In this document: positions 27,360 through 37,018 of the stretch, one piece after another | Numbering within the stretch: the stretch's first letter is position 1 | Layout: every line of letters begins with the position of its first letter | Source: an uncultured Gammaproteobacteria bacterium | GTDB taxonomy: Bacteria; Patescibacteriota; Microgenomatia; Levybacterales; GWA1-39-11 | NCBI GenBank assembly: GCA_964537315.1 | Contig: CAZIAP010000003.1 | Coordinates: 75,919 to 139,918 of the forward strand | DNA: 64,000 nt | Direction: 5' to 3' | Program-made: the position numbers and the translations under genes | The notes under the pieces: model-generated | Told to the model about the DNA's origin: nothing | The model's database searches: none | The model's input: the letters and a program-made list of their open reading frames with translations, nothing else

Positions 27360-28145
27360 GTGCAATCAGTCGAACTTCTACATTCTCATGAGTTCGTCCA
27401 TTTTTCTCCCTCAGGTGGAGAGAATAAAACTCGTCAAAAAGGAACTGTAGTGTTAATTGGGGGAAGAGCAAGAGAAGAATCTTTGGAAGCTGTCGTAAGG
27501 TATCTGCCTAATAATAAAACATTAACGATTGCGACTATTGCCTCAGAAGAACAAGAAGATGAAAATTATGCCTATTACAGTGATTTTTTCAATACGCGAG
27601 GTATACCTACAACGCATCTAGGTTCTAAAATGCTCGAAAGTATTTCTGATTTTGGTATCTCATCTGAAACGTCCGGTATATTTTATTCTGGTGGTAATCA
27701 AGAGCGTATTATGAAATTGATGAAGCAAGGCGATTATAAAAAGCTTCATGAGTTTTATAATAACGGTGGATTCATAGGTGGTACCTCAGCCGGAGCATCT
27801 GTAATGGGAGAAATTATGCCAGTAGGACAAAAGCATACTCAAGGTTTAAGAATTGTTCCATATATTATTGATCAGCACGTTCAAAGACTTGATAGACAAG
27901 GTAGGGCAGAGAGGTTAGTAGAACAATATCCTGATTTAGTGGGAGTAAAAATAGATGAGAATACAGCCTGGATATATAATAACGGTCAGATGAATGTAGA
28001 GGGAGAGGGATCAGTAAGTTTGATAATTGCTAGCAAGGAAGATAATACAATAAACTCTACTTTGTTAGAACATGTGGTTATGCGAGATGGAGAAAGTTAT
28101 GACCTATCTCAGTTCGAGAATCAAAAAGAATTTGGTTTCAAATAA
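27360..28145 (+). CDS. peptidase S51 family (cyanophycinase/dipeptidase E-like)
   Basis: GGNQERIM...GGTSAGASVMGE nucleophile-elbow region. Confidence 0.75.
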   Translation: MQSVELLHSHEFVHFSPSGGENKTRQKGTVVLIGGRAREESLEAVVRYLPNNKTLTIATIASEEQEDENYAYYSDFFNTRGIPTTHLGSKMLESISDFGISSETSGIFYSGGNQERIMKLMKQGDYKKLHEFYNNGGFIGGTSAGASVMGEIMPVGQKHTQGLRIVPYIIDQHVQRLDRQGRAERLVEQYPDLVGVKIDENTAWIYNNGQMNVEGEGSVSLIIASKEDNTINSTLLEHVVMRDGESYDLSQFENQKEFGFK

Positions 28146-28163
28146 TACGTTTATCCTAATGAA

Positions 28164-28880
28164 ATGATGAAGAGAAAGAAAGTAATAGTTATTTTTTTAA
28201 TAGTTATCTTGGTATTACTATTTGCGTGTTATAGCCTATTTCAAATAAGCAAATCACGAACATATCAATTTTTTGGTGAAATTGTTCATCGTGTAGATAC
28301 TGATGAAAAAGTAGTAGCGTTAACGTTTGATGATGGTCCTACAGAATACACAGCAGATGTTTTAAATACTCTTAAAGAAAAGGATGTTAAAGCCACATTT
28401 TTTGTCATGGGAAGAGATTTAGAAGACAATCTTCAGGTTGGTAAAGATATTGTTTCACAAGGTCATGAGTTGGGTAACCACACATATTCACATCAGAGAA
28501 TGTATTTAAAATCACCAGCCTTTATAGCAAGCGAGATTGAAAATACAAACAAGCTTATTAGAGATACTGGGTATAAAGAAGAGATACATTTCCGTCCACC
28601 GTACGGTAAAAAGTTGTTTGGACTTCCATGGTATTTGAGTAAAAACAATATCAAAACAATCATGTGGGACGTAGAGCCTGATTCATATGGAAACTCTGCA
28701 AATTTTATTGTTAATTACGCTATAGAAAACGTTAAACCAGGTTCAATCATCCTGCTTCACCCGTTTTGTAAATCGTGTAATGGACAAAGAGAAGCTATAA
28801 GCGAGATTATTGAAAGATTGCATACTGAAGGATATAAATTCGTAACAGTATCAGAACTCTTGACTTTGGAAGAGAAGTAG
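28164..28880 (+). CDS. polysaccharide deacetylase (NodB homology, CE4)
   Basis: VALTFDDGP and GHELGNHTYSH metal-binding motifs. N-terminal TM. Confidence 0.85.
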   Translation: MMKRKKVIVIFLIVILVLLFACYSLFQISKSRTYQFFGEIVHRVDTDEKVVALTFDDGPTEYTADVLNTLKEKDVKATFFVMGRDLEDNLQVGKDIVSQGHELGNHTYSHQRMYLKSPAFIASEIENTNKLIRDTGYKEEIHFRPPYGKKLFGLPWYLSKNNIKTIMWDVEPDSYGNSANFIVNYAIENVKPGSIILLHPFCKSCNGQREAISEIIERLHTEGYKFVTVSELLTLEEK

Positions 28881-28897
28881 AACGCAATTGTTTATTG

Positions 28898-28968
28898 CAG
28901 GGTCGCCGGGACTCGAACCCAGAAGAGGGGTTTTGGAGACCCCCATGATACCATTTCATCACGACCCT
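28898..28968 (-). tRNA. tRNA-Trp(CCA): tRNA-Trp (anticodon CCA)
   Basis: Reverse complement folds: acceptor AGGGTCG/CGACCCT, D-stem ATGA/TCAT, anticodon arm GGGGT-CTCCAAA-ACCCC, T-arm CTGGG-TTCGAGT-CCCGG. Confidence 0.8.
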
Positions 28969-28972
28969 TCGG

Positions 28973-28988
28973 TCCGCCAGCTGGCGGA
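28973..28988. repeat. 16-bp perfect palindrome TCCGCCAGCTGGCGGA (copy 2 of 3)
   Basis: Identical to the copy at 14133. Lies 4 nt from the 5' end of tRNA-Trp. Confidence 0.7.
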
Positions 28989-29047
28989 TTCAGAGTTGTA
29001 CCCTAAGTAGGTAAAGGTATTATAAGGAAATTACAGTTGGCTTGCAA

Positions 29048-29977
29048 TTAATCAGCAGCGGCAGAGTAGTGTTCGTTACGTCTTTTTTGAGGGTGAGAGT
29101 CAAAGTATGCTGGTGAATTATTCAACTCATTTACGATACTCATCGATGCGTACCAGATTTCATTTGAAGAAATTGGAACCCTGACTAACTCACATTTTTC
29201 ATTACTAAACGGCGTGTCATGCTCTGTAGTAGTTACTAAAATTGCTTTAAAAGCTCCTGAATCGTAGGCAAGCTTTGGAGGTAGTTCAGGTCGCATTGAG
29301 TGAATCGCATTTGCTACTTTTTCCTGGATATTGGGTGGCTGTCTTGTAAAGAGATCATAGACTACTTTTCCAGAAGTGTGAAGTTTAAGTTGCTTTCTTT
29401 TATCCTTATTCATAATTCTGTATGGCATTTCCATATCTCCTAGGTTCGTCCTTATTGTGTATTCGCAGCTTCCCACAATGTATGATTTATTTTTTACCGG
29501 TTGGAGTACTAAACCATCAGGAACAGTTCTAAATCGTTCTTTGATATTTTCTTGGATGCCAGTAATATTACTAAGTTGGCGCGTCTCTTGTGGGGTGAGT
29601 AGGATTGAGTTGTCTTGAATCCCTTCTGCTAAGTACCGATGAGCAACTTCTTCAAATATAAATCCAGATAGTGCATTTTCTAGCCCCATTCTGCTATTAT
29701 CTGGAATCTCAGAACGGTGTAGTTTTCGTTGTAACTTTACTAAGTTTTGCTGAAAAAATGTATCTTCAAAAACCGGTAGGAGCAAATCTCTCACCTGAAG
29801 ATCACGTGTACTGAGAAAATCGTATGTTTCAGGTAACGGAATACCTGGGTGTTCTTTTGTATATGATGGAATCGGAAATTCGTGATGGGGAGGTGTGACG
29901 CCAGTTTCTTCAGTCGCCAAAAAAGATATCTCAGGTGAACTTACTTGACCATGATATGCAGCAAACTCTTTAGCCAA
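29048..29977 (-). CDS. hypothetical protein (309 aa)
   Basis: ORF only. Confidence 0.55.
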   Translation of the reverse strand: MAKEFAAYHGQVSSPEISFLATEETGVTPPHHEFPIPSYTKEHPGIPLPETYDFLSTRDLQVRDLLLPVFEDTFFQQNLVKLQRKLHRSEIPDNSRMGLENALSGFIFEEVAHRYLAEGIQDNSILLTPQETRQLSNITGIQENIKERFRTVPDGLVLQPVKNKSYIVGSCEYTIRTNLGDMEMPYRIMNKDKRKQLKLHTSGKVVYDLFTRQPPNIQEKVANAIHSMRPELPPKLAYDSGAFKAILVTTTEHDTPFSNEKCELVRVPISSNEIWYASMSIVNELNNSPAYFDSHPQKRRNEHYSAAAD

Positions 29978-30199
29978 CTTAATTTATGTTACAAAAGTTT
30001 TGCGAAGCAATCAATTAGATCTTTTTAAGTAAAACTGTATCCAGGCTTTTTCTATATCCTGTGGTAAAATACGAAGGTATGTCCTCCTTCGCATACAGCT
30101 TCGGACGGGCAAACAGTAGCAATTATGAGTGAATCTAGAAAAAATAAAATGAAGGTTGGTTCTGCAAAGCAGAATTCTGTAAGTAGACAATAAAACTAT

Positions 30200-31057
30200 A
30201 TGAAAGTAGGAACAGTTGCATTAATCGGACGTCCAAATACGGGTAAAAGTACACTAGTAAATAATCTGGTGGGGCATAAAGTGGCAATAACTTCACCTAA
30301 ACCTCAGACAACGCAATTCCCGATTTACGCCGTATTTGAAGACCTTTCGGCAGGCTCAGGGCAAGGTTTGCAGATTATATTTGTAGATACTCCAGGGATT
30401 TTTGCCAAAACAAAAGATGCTAAATCAAAAGAAGTAAATCTGGAAGCTGAAAAAGTGTTGCACGAAGAGGTGGATGCGATACTTTACCTGGTAGATCACA
30501 CAAGACAAAGAGGGAGTGAAGAAAACAGAGTGCTTGGCGTGCTTCGAAAAATTAATGTGCCAAAGATACTTGTAGTTAATAAAACAGATTTAAAGGAACC
30601 AGATTATAGTGCACAGTACAAATTCATGGAAGAGGAGTTCGATACTGTGCTACACGTCTCAGCTTTAAAGGCACACAATCTGGGTTCGATTACGTCGGCA
30701 CTTTTTAAAGTGCTTCCAGAGGGTGAGCCAATTATTGATAAAGCTGATCTTGCAATTCCTGCGCTTAATCTTACATCTCAGATGCATATGGAGGAGTTAA
30801 TACGGGAAAAAGCATTTTTGACACTGCGAAAAGAAGTGCCTTATCACGTAAAAATAGCCGTAGACGAAATTTCTGAGAGAAAAAATAAGCTTATTTACGT
30901 AAAAGCACGTGTATTGACTGAAAACAGATATAAAAAAATGATCATAGGTTCAGGAGGGCAGACTATTAAAAAAATTGGCGCAATGACCAGAAAAGAGCTT
31001 GAAGTTTCGACAGGGAAAAAGTTTTATTTAGATTTAACAGTAGAGGTAGAGAAATAA
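30200..31057 (+). CDS. era: GTPase Era
   Basis: G1 GRPNTGKST and G2 T motifs plus C-terminal KH domain. Confidence 0.9.
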   Translation: MKVGTVALIGRPNTGKSTLVNNLVGHKVAITSPKPQTTQFPIYAVFEDLSAGSGQGLQIIFVDTPGIFAKTKDAKSKEVNLEAEKVLHEEVDAILYLVDHTRQRGSEENRVLGVLRKINVPKILVVNKTDLKEPDYSAQYKFMEEEFDTVLHVSALKAHNLGSITSALFKVLPEGEPIIDKADLAIPALNLTSQMHMEELIREKAFLTLRKEVPYHVKIAVDEISERKNKLIYVKARVLTENRYKKMIIGSGGQTIKKIGAMTRKELEVSTGKKFYLDLTVEVEK

Positions 31058-31059
31058 TT

Positions 31060-31509
31060 ATGAAGCTTGTTATTCAAAGAGTAAGTAGTGCAACTGTTAC
31101 TTCTGACCCCGCAAACGGTGAAAGACATCACGAAGAAATCAAAAAGGGTCTTTTTGTGCTGTTTGGGGCTGGCATCAATGATACTACCGAGCAGGCTCAA
31201 AAGCTGGCACAAAAGTTATTCAAAATACGTCTAATGGCTGATGAAAACGGGAAAATGAATAAATCAGTTCAGGATGTAAACGGAGAGTATTTAGTCGTTT
31301 CACAGTTTACTTTGTATGGCGATACAAGCGGCGGTAACAGACCAAGTTTTATTAACGCAATGCAGCCTGAAGAGGCAAAAAAGCTTTATGAATACTTCGT
31401 TGAAGAGTTAAGAAAACAAGGGGCTACAGTTAAAACAGGAAGTTTTGGAAACTATATGAATATTAAGGCTGAGCTTGACGGCCCTGTTACAATTTTGGTT
31501 GAAAGTTAA
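31060..31509 (+). CDS. dtd: D-aminoacyl-tRNA deacylase
   Basis: MKLVIQRV... and SQFTLYGD...GNRPSF motifs. Confidence 0.9.
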   Translation: MKLVIQRVSSATVTSDPANGERHHEEIKKGLFVLFGAGINDTTEQAQKLAQKLFKIRLMADENGKMNKSVQDVNGEYLVVSQFTLYGDTSGGNRPSFINAMQPEEAKKLYEYFVEELRKQGATVKTGSFGNYMNIKAELDGPVTILVES

Positions 31510-31617
31510 TATTTATGAGTAAATAGACTTAAATTTTCCCTTATTTTAGGCTTTAACCTTATAATACGCACTAGTTCCTTACCCTTATCTTACATATGCT
31601 GGGTATACTTCCAAGAT

Positions 31618-31857
31618 ATGACACTTGAAAATGTATTCTATACGTTGGCAATTATTTACATGGTGCTGGGTTTTATAGTCTCTCTTGTACTACTTTTTGC
31701 GGTAATATATATCAAGAAAAAGATTGACGATATTCATCAAAATATCGAAGTCCAAATTGAACGAATCAAAGAAAAGCCAGGTGATTTCGCCATGGATATA
31801 GGATCGGCAATTGCAGCTACAGCCATAAAACAAGTAAAGAAGAAATTTATCAGGTAG
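31618..31857 (+). CDS. small membrane protein (79 aa)
   Basis: ORF with one TM helix. Confidence 0.4.
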   Translation: MTLENVFYTLAIIYMVLGFIVSLVLLFAVIYIKKKIDDIHQNIEVQIERIKEKPGDFAMDIGSAIAATAIKQVKKKFIR

Positions 31858-31899
31858 TTTAAGATATAAAATTTTTATAATGTTGCGATCAGTTCACTT

Positions 31900-32937
31900 A
31901 TGAACTTGTTTTTTTACCTCAAGCAGTCTTTTTCTGAATTTTCAAATGACAGAGTGACTATGCTCGCGGCTGCTTTGTCGTATTACACTGTTTTTTCAAT
32001 TGGTCCACTATTGCTGATTGTAATTAGTATTTTGGGATTTTTCTTTGGCTCCACCGCTGTAGAAGGTGAAATAATTCGGCAAATTTCAGGATTATTAGGT
32101 ACAGAAGCTGCATTAACAATTGAGTCAATAATCGAAGGGACACAAAATACTTCAAGTGGAATTATCTCATTAATAATAGGAGTACTATTATTAGTACTCG
32201 GAGCGACAGGAGTATTCGGACAGTTAAAAACAGCTTTAAATCAGATTTGGCATATAGAGCCTAAACCAGGTAGAGGAGTAATAAATCTATTGCGAGAGCG
32301 TATTCTATCATTTGGAATGGTCGTTGTAATAGCATTTTTACTCGGAGTTTCTTTGGTTGCTTCTTCTGCTATTTCTATACTAGGTAACTATTTCACACAG
32401 ATTCTGCCTGCTCCTGCTTGGATGATTGAAGGGATAAATATTTTTATCTCTTTTTGGATAATACTTGTCTTATTTGCTCTTGTATATCGAGTACTTCCTG
32501 ATGTAAAGCCGAGTTGGAAATTAGTTTGGGGTGGTGCAACTGTTGCCTCACTTTTATTTACGATAGGCAGATCTATAATAGGTATATACATAGGCAATAG
32601 CGCAGTAGCTTCCACGTACGGAGCTGCATCTTCTTTAGTAATAATTTTGTTGTGGGTATACTATTCTTCATTAATACTTTTATTTGGAGCAGAGTATGTA
32701 AAGGTTTCAGCAGCAGAAAAAGGAATCGGAGTACCGGTAGAAGACTATGCTTATAAAACACGAGAGGTAAAAGTAGAAGACTCTCCAGAAAGTGAAGAGT
32801 TCTCAGAAATTGAGAGAGAAATTATTTCGATATTCGGAAACATCTTTAAAGCAATTGTTTTATCTATAGACAGTAGGTTTATTCATAAAAAAAAGTCGTT
32901 CTGGGAGAGGGTACAGGAAAAATTAAAAGAAGATTAA
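31900..32937 (+). CDS. YihY/BrkB family inner-membrane protein
   Basis: YYTVFSIGPLLLIVISILGFFFG start and six TM helices typical of the family. Confidence 0.8.
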   Translation: MNLFFYLKQSFSEFSNDRVTMLAAALSYYTVFSIGPLLLIVISILGFFFGSTAVEGEIIRQISGLLGTEAALTIESIIEGTQNTSSGIISLIIGVLLLVLGATGVFGQLKTALNQIWHIEPKPGRGVINLLRERILSFGMVVVIAFLLGVSLVASSAISILGNYFTQILPAPAWMIEGINIFISFWIILVLFALVYRVLPDVKPSWKLVWGGATVASLLFTIGRSIIGIYIGNSAVASTYGAASSLVIILLWVYYSSLILLFGAEYVKVSAAEKGIGVPVEDYAYKTREVKVEDSPESEEFSEIEREIISIFGNIFKAIVLSIDSRFIHKKKSFWERVQEKLKED

Positions 32938-32943
32938 TATATT

Positions 32944-33624
32944 CTATAAATTTTCTTTCTTACGTACTAAAAAGTATTCCTCTTTTGGAAAAGTATCGGC
33001 GCTCTTTAGAATATTTTGCATATCTTTCACTTGCGACTTATGTTCATGCATTGCCCGAACTTTAACGTCCCATACATCTGATATATCTACAATCAGATCA
33101 AATTCAGATCGGTCGTACCCAGGCGGGAAGTAAATAAAATAGTCTTTGCGAAGTTCTGCTCTCTCTTTTACGTTTCCGTAGTACATCAGCTTATCTACAA
33201 ATGGGAGATCTCGAACTACAAATGTAGTAATCATAGACATTGCAATGTGATCAATATGTCCTGACACACCATTTGGTTCAAATGTTATGACAATCTCAGG
33301 CTTTAGTTCTTTAAGTTTACTCTCAACTGCATCTGCGATGGCGTGGTATTGGTTATTATTGAGTGTGCCATCTTTAAATCCAAGAAAAAAGACATCTTTT
33401 ACACCAAGTATACGAGATGCGTTTTGTAATTCCTTTCGACGAATATCAGAAATAGAGTGGTCGTGATCGTCAGAATTATTTTCTCCAGCTTCTCCTCCAG
33501 TTGCACAGATAGTGTAGACAGTGTTTTTTTGAGAGAGTATATGAAGTGTGCCACCAGGCCCAAATGTTTCATCATCGGGATGGGCAAAGACCGCGACAAT
33601 TGTTTTTCCTGAAATGTTTTCCAT
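32944..33624 (-). CDS. PIG-L/LmbE family N-acetylglucosaminyl deacetylase
   Basis: VAVFAHPDDETFGPGGTL and HIDHIAMS metal-binding motifs. Confidence 0.8.
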   Translation of the reverse strand: MENISGKTIVAVFAHPDDETFGPGGTLHILSQKNTVYTICATGGEAGENNSDDHDHSISDIRRKELQNASRILGVKDVFFLGFKDGTLNNNQYHAIADAVESKLKELKPEIVITFEPNGVSGHIDHIAMSMITTFVVRDLPFVDKLMYYGNVKERAELRKDYFIYFPPGYDRSEFDLIVDISDVWDVKVRAMHEHKSQVKDMQNILKSADTFPKEEYFLVRKKENL

Positions 33625-33707
33625 CAGATTATTATACGCTTAGCACAGGCTCAAATCAAGGAAATACGGAGTGTTAGGCGAACTCTTACTAAGGACTAAG
33701 AAAATAA

Positions 33708-34490
33708 TTACTTTACAGCAATTTTAATGCCAGGAGACATGGTTGATTTCAGAACTGCTTGATTGATTTTAGATACTCCAACTGAGTTAAGTACAGTTTT
33801 TACATTTTCTTCAATTTTGCTATCTTCAAATGATACTTTACCTACTGCTAAATGGATGATAGGACTTTGCGCTTCGGTTTTGTAGCTAATTTGACCAGCT
33901 GACAATTTCTCGATTACTTCATCTGGATTTGGAGTAACGGTTCCATTTTTTGGGTTTGGCATGAGTCCTCGAGGACCAAGGATTCTAGCAACTTTTGCCA
34001 GCTTAGGCATCATTTCTGGTTTCGCCACTAGCACATCAAAGTTAATTTTTCCATTCTCAATTTCTTCGATTACTGCGTCATCAGCCACAACGATTTTGAG
34101 TTTCTTGCCAGTTCCGTGTGGTAGAGATAATTGTCCGCTTACACCTTTTTCAGTCACATTCAAATGAAGCTCTACTGTTTCATCGAAATTGCTCTTTTTT
34201 AGATTCTTAAGCAAGTTTACTGCATCTCCAAGGGGGTATTTTTTATTTTTTTCAATCTGCTTTTCATTTGACTGATGTCTTTTAGAATTTGAGTGACTTA
34301 CTGTCTGTTTTACGGTAACTGACTGTTTTTTAGAAGCTTCAACATCAGCAGACTGAGAAACTTCAGTAACCTGTTCTTTAGTTTTCTCAGCAACTTTGGC
34401 AGCTTTTTTAGCTTCATACTTTGCTTTCTTCTTAGCATCCTCTTGAAGCTCGCCTGATTCATCAAATGTTTTTACTCTAATTTTTCCCAT
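33708..34490 (-). CDS. rplA: 50S ribosomal protein L1 with about 65-aa Lys/Glu-rich N-terminal extension
   Basis: GQLSLPHGTGKKLKIVV and ILGPRGLMPNPKNGTVT L1 motifs. L1 homology begins near residue 85. The ORF starts 6 nt after the rplK stop. Confidence 0.85.
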   Translation of the reverse strand: MGKIRVKTFDESGELQEDAKKKAKYEAKKAAKVAEKTKEQVTEVSQSADVEASKKQSVTVKQTVSHSNSKRHQSNEKQIEKNKKYPLGDAVNLLKNLKKSNFDETVELHLNVTEKGVSGQLSLPHGTGKKLKIVVADDAVIEEIENGKINFDVLVAKPEMMPKLAKVARILGPRGLMPNPKNGTVTPNPDEVIEKLSAGQISYKTEAQSPIIHLAVGKVSFEDSKIEENVKTVLNSVGVSKINQAVLKSTMSPGIKIAVK

Positions 34491-34496
34491 AATACG

Positions 34497-34919
34497 TTAT
34501 TCTACTTGTATTCCCATTGATCGTGCTGTTCCTTCAACTATTTTTGAAGCTGCAGCAACATCATTGGTATTTAAATCATCCATTTTTTGTTTTGCTATTT
34601 CCTCAATTTGAGCAGAAGTGAGCTTGCCTGCAGACTCTCTCCCTGGTTTTTGTGAACCTGATTTAATCTTTAGTGCCATTTTGATAAGTTCAGACATCGG
34701 TGGTTTCTTAACGATGAAAGAGAACGTTCTATCTTCATAAACAGATATAACTACAGGTAGTAGAGTGCCTTTTTGATCCGCTGTCTTATCATTAAAAGCC
34801 TTAACAAAGTCCATGATAGGCAGACCGTGCTGTCCTAGAGCAGGTCCGACAGGAGGTGCAGGGTTTGCCTCTCCACCTTTAATTGCTAGTTTTATAAATG
34901 TTTTAACTTTTTTAGCCAT
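34497..34919 (-). CDS. rplK: 50S ribosomal protein L11
   Basis: MAKKV...[18 protein letters not shown] signature. Confidence 0.95.
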   Translation of the reverse strand: MAKKVKTFIKLAIKGGEANPAPPVGPALGQHGLPIMDFVKAFNDKTADQKGTLLPVVISVYEDRTFSFIVKKPPMSELIKMALKIKSGSQKPGRESAGKLTSAQIEEIAKQKMDDLNTNDVAAASKIVEGTARSMGIQVE

Positions 34920-34967
34920 AGGTTAATAAATTTAAAATTAATATTCAAAAGTCAAATTAACTTTGAG

Positions 34968-35552
34968 TTAGATCTTGCTTACTTGCAAGAAATCTAATTC
35001 TACAGGTGTCTCACGTCCAAAAATTGATACAAGTACTTTGACTTTTCCTTTTGCTTCGTCAATAGATTCGATAGTTCCCAAGAAATCAGAAAACGGACCA
35101 TCAGTGATTTTAACTGCCTCACCGACTGTAAACGTAGCTTTGTAGGTAGGTTCTTTTTGCTCAACAAAGTTAATAATTGCTTTTACCTCATCTTCACGTA
35201 TAGGAGTTGGTTTGTTCTGCGCGCCTACAAACGAGGTTACACCTGGAGTAGTGCGGACCAAAATCCATGCTTCATCGTCGAGAACCATGTTCACTAGAAT
35301 ATATCCTGGAAAGATTTTTTCTTTGATAGTTTCTTTTTTTCCACTACGTACTTTTATGGTTTCTTTGGTTGGAACCAATACATCATTAATTCTTCCCTCA
35401 AAACCCATGGTTTCTACTCTTTGCATAAGAGTTTTTGCCACCTTATTTTCGTGACCGGAGTAAGTATGCACGATATACCACCGAGCTGTGGTGTCGGTAT
35501 ACATTTTTTCAATCTTTGTTTCGTTGTCTTGTGTTTTTACGTTGTCAGCCAT
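34968..35552 (-). CDS. nusG: transcription termination/antitermination factor NusG
   Basis: WYIVHTYSGHENKV NGN domain and C-terminal KOW. Confidence 0.9.
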   Translation of the reverse strand: MADNVKTQDNETKIEKMYTDTTARWYIVHTYSGHENKVAKTLMQRVETMGFEGRINDVLVPTKETIKVRSGKKETIKEKIFPGYILVNMVLDDEAWILVRTTPGVTSFVGAQNKPTPIREDEVKAIINFVEQKEPTYKATFTVGEAVKITDGPFSDFLGTIESIDEAKGKVKVLVSIFGRETPVELDFLQVSKI

Positions 35553-35560
35553 AATTTATC

Positions 35561-35737
35561 TCATCCTCCAATTAAGAATTCGAGTCCTTTTAGAAATACA
35601 AAATCAAGTGCCCCCAGATAAAGTCCTACGATAACGCTGATAATTATTACTAGTACGGTAAGTCTTATAACTTCTTCTCTTGATGGAAAAGTAACCTTTG
35701 TTAATTCGCCACTAACCTGCCGTAGGAAACCTATCAT
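35561..35737 (-). CDS. secE: preprotein translocase subunit SecE (58 aa, below the track ORF cutoff)
   Basis: Hand-translated MIGFLRQVSGELTKVTFPSREEVIRLTVLVIIISVIVGLYLGALDFVFLKGLEFLIGG*. Conserved position immediately upstream of nusG. Confidence 0.75.
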   Translation of the reverse strand: MIGFLRQVSGELTKVTFPSREEVIRLTVLVIIISVIVGLYLGALDFVFLKGLEFLIGG

Positions 35738-35821
35738 CAGGAGATTTTATCACAACCTGGGTTCGAATGTAAAGCAGAGAGGGTGTATTATTAAATAAAA
35801 TCCTAAAATAATCCTATATTA

Positions 35822-35850
35822 TTGCATAAATGTTGACTTTCAGATATAAT
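35822..35850 (+). promoter_or_regulatory. candidate promoter TTGCAT-17-TATAAT
   Basis: Consensus-like hexamers with ideal spacing, upstream of the ORF at 35952. Confidence 0.45.
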
Positions 35851-35951
35851 ACGCTCAAATGTATTAAGCTTGCAGTATCTTCGGGTTTCTTATGGAAATC
35901 GGAAGATGCTCGCAAGTTGCGCGCACGAAGGTTTAAGTAGAAGGAGCGGTA

Positions 35952-36248
35952 ATGCCTCTCACCAAGACTCGGTATCACGATGACTTTACTTCTTTTATTA
36001 AGGAAGTAAAGAGTAGGAAAGAGGAGGAAAATTTTTTCCTTTATGGACACTGCTCGGATCCTGACTGTCCGTTTGAGGAAGTAATTGGGTACCAGTATTT
36101 TCATCAAGTAGAGGATGCAGATGCTGAGTTAGAAGATCTCTTCAAAAGAGATCATTATCCTGATTGTAATGGAAAGTTAGTTACCGGTCAGGAACCATAC
36201 ACAAACGAGGAAATAGATACACGGATGAGAGCACGTTACTCAGCTTGA
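35952..36248 (+). CDS. hypothetical protein (98 aa)
   Basis: AAGGAG RBS, then ORF, then a strong terminator. Confidence 0.55.
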   Translation: MPLTKTRYHDDFTSFIKEVKSRKEEENFFLYGHCSDPDCPFEEVIGYQYFHQVEDADAELEDLFKRDHYPDCNGKLVTGQEPYTNEEIDTRMRARYSA

Positions 36249-36254
36249 CCTTAA

Positions 36255-36289
36255 CCCGCCCCGGTATATCCGAGGGCGGGACTTTTTTT
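36255..36289 (+). terminator. Rho-independent terminator
   Basis: CCCGCCC...GGGCGGG hairpin followed by ACTTTTTTTA. Confidence 0.8.
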
Positions 36290-36417
36290 ACCCTATATTA
36301 TTGTCAATAAGCGAAGCAAGAAGTATAATTACGGTTGCTATTCAGACAACTCAGGTATTTAGTGCCTGAAGTTGTTTGTTGCAATTTATAGGCGCACTAT
36401 CAGAAAGGCGATGAAAG

Positions 36418-36759
36418 ATGGATCGTCGGAAAATGTTGGCATCTACAACCGAACTGTCTGCGGGACAAAAAGAAATAATTGGAGTAGCAATTGGTTGTAA
36501 GCCTTTAACAGCAGACGAGTCCAAGTTGTTTGAAGAAGTAGTCAAAGAGTGGCATGAAGAGTTTGGGAGAGATTTTCCTCACTTGACTCTTCAATTGCGA
36601 ACTATCGATCACTTTCAGGTGATCTTTCTAGATGGGTATATTACCCAACATACTTTTTCGGTAATAGTCAATCGATTAGAAAGTAAGCTTAGAGGTAGAT
36701 TTCCTGAAAGAGTCTTATCTCTGATGACTGAACGAATCTTTGTTGAAGATTGGTATTGA
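36418..36759 (+). CDS. hypothetical protein (113 aa)
   Basis: ORF only. Confidence 0.5.
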   Translation: MDRRKMLASTTELSAGQKEIIGVAIGCKPLTADESKLFEEVVKEWHEEFGRDFPHLTLQLRTIDHFQVIFLDGYITQHTFSVIVNRLESKLRGRFPERVLSLMTERIFVEDWY

Positions 36760-36877
36760 TAGAGAGGAAACCAGATGGATTGTTTCCTGTTTATGAATCT
36801 CTTAAAAGTAGATTCAATCATACCTCTTAGAATGGAATAGCCCGGTGCGCTTTTGTTCTGTATTGCAGAACAATTAA

Positions 36878-36909
36878 CCCAGCTCTAAATAAAGAGCTGG
36901 GTTTTTTTA
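36878..36909 (+). terminator. Rho-independent terminator
   Basis: CCCAGCTCT-AAATAA-AGAGCTGGG followed by TTTTTTTA. Confidence 0.8.
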
Positions 36910-36961
36910 TAACTTAATGAAGTTATATAGATCACCAGAGATGAATTAGGTTTGATCGGGA

Positions 36962-36990
36962 TTGACAATTTAATTTTTCATGTTTACAAT
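36962..36990 (+). promoter_or_regulatory. sigma70-type promoter TTGACA-17-TACAAT for galU
   Basis: Perfect -35 and good -10 with a 17-nt spacer, 28 nt upstream of the galU ATG. AGGAG RBS follows. Confidence 0.55.
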
Positions 36991-37018
36991 CAAAATTACG
37001 CGATAAATTAGGAGATTT

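Noticed and set aside
35751-35775. GGTTCGAAT T-loop-like motif upstream of secE, considered as a tRNA or tmRNA 3' domain
   Set aside because: No flanking sequence forms a T-stem or acceptor stem. It is isolated motif similarity only.
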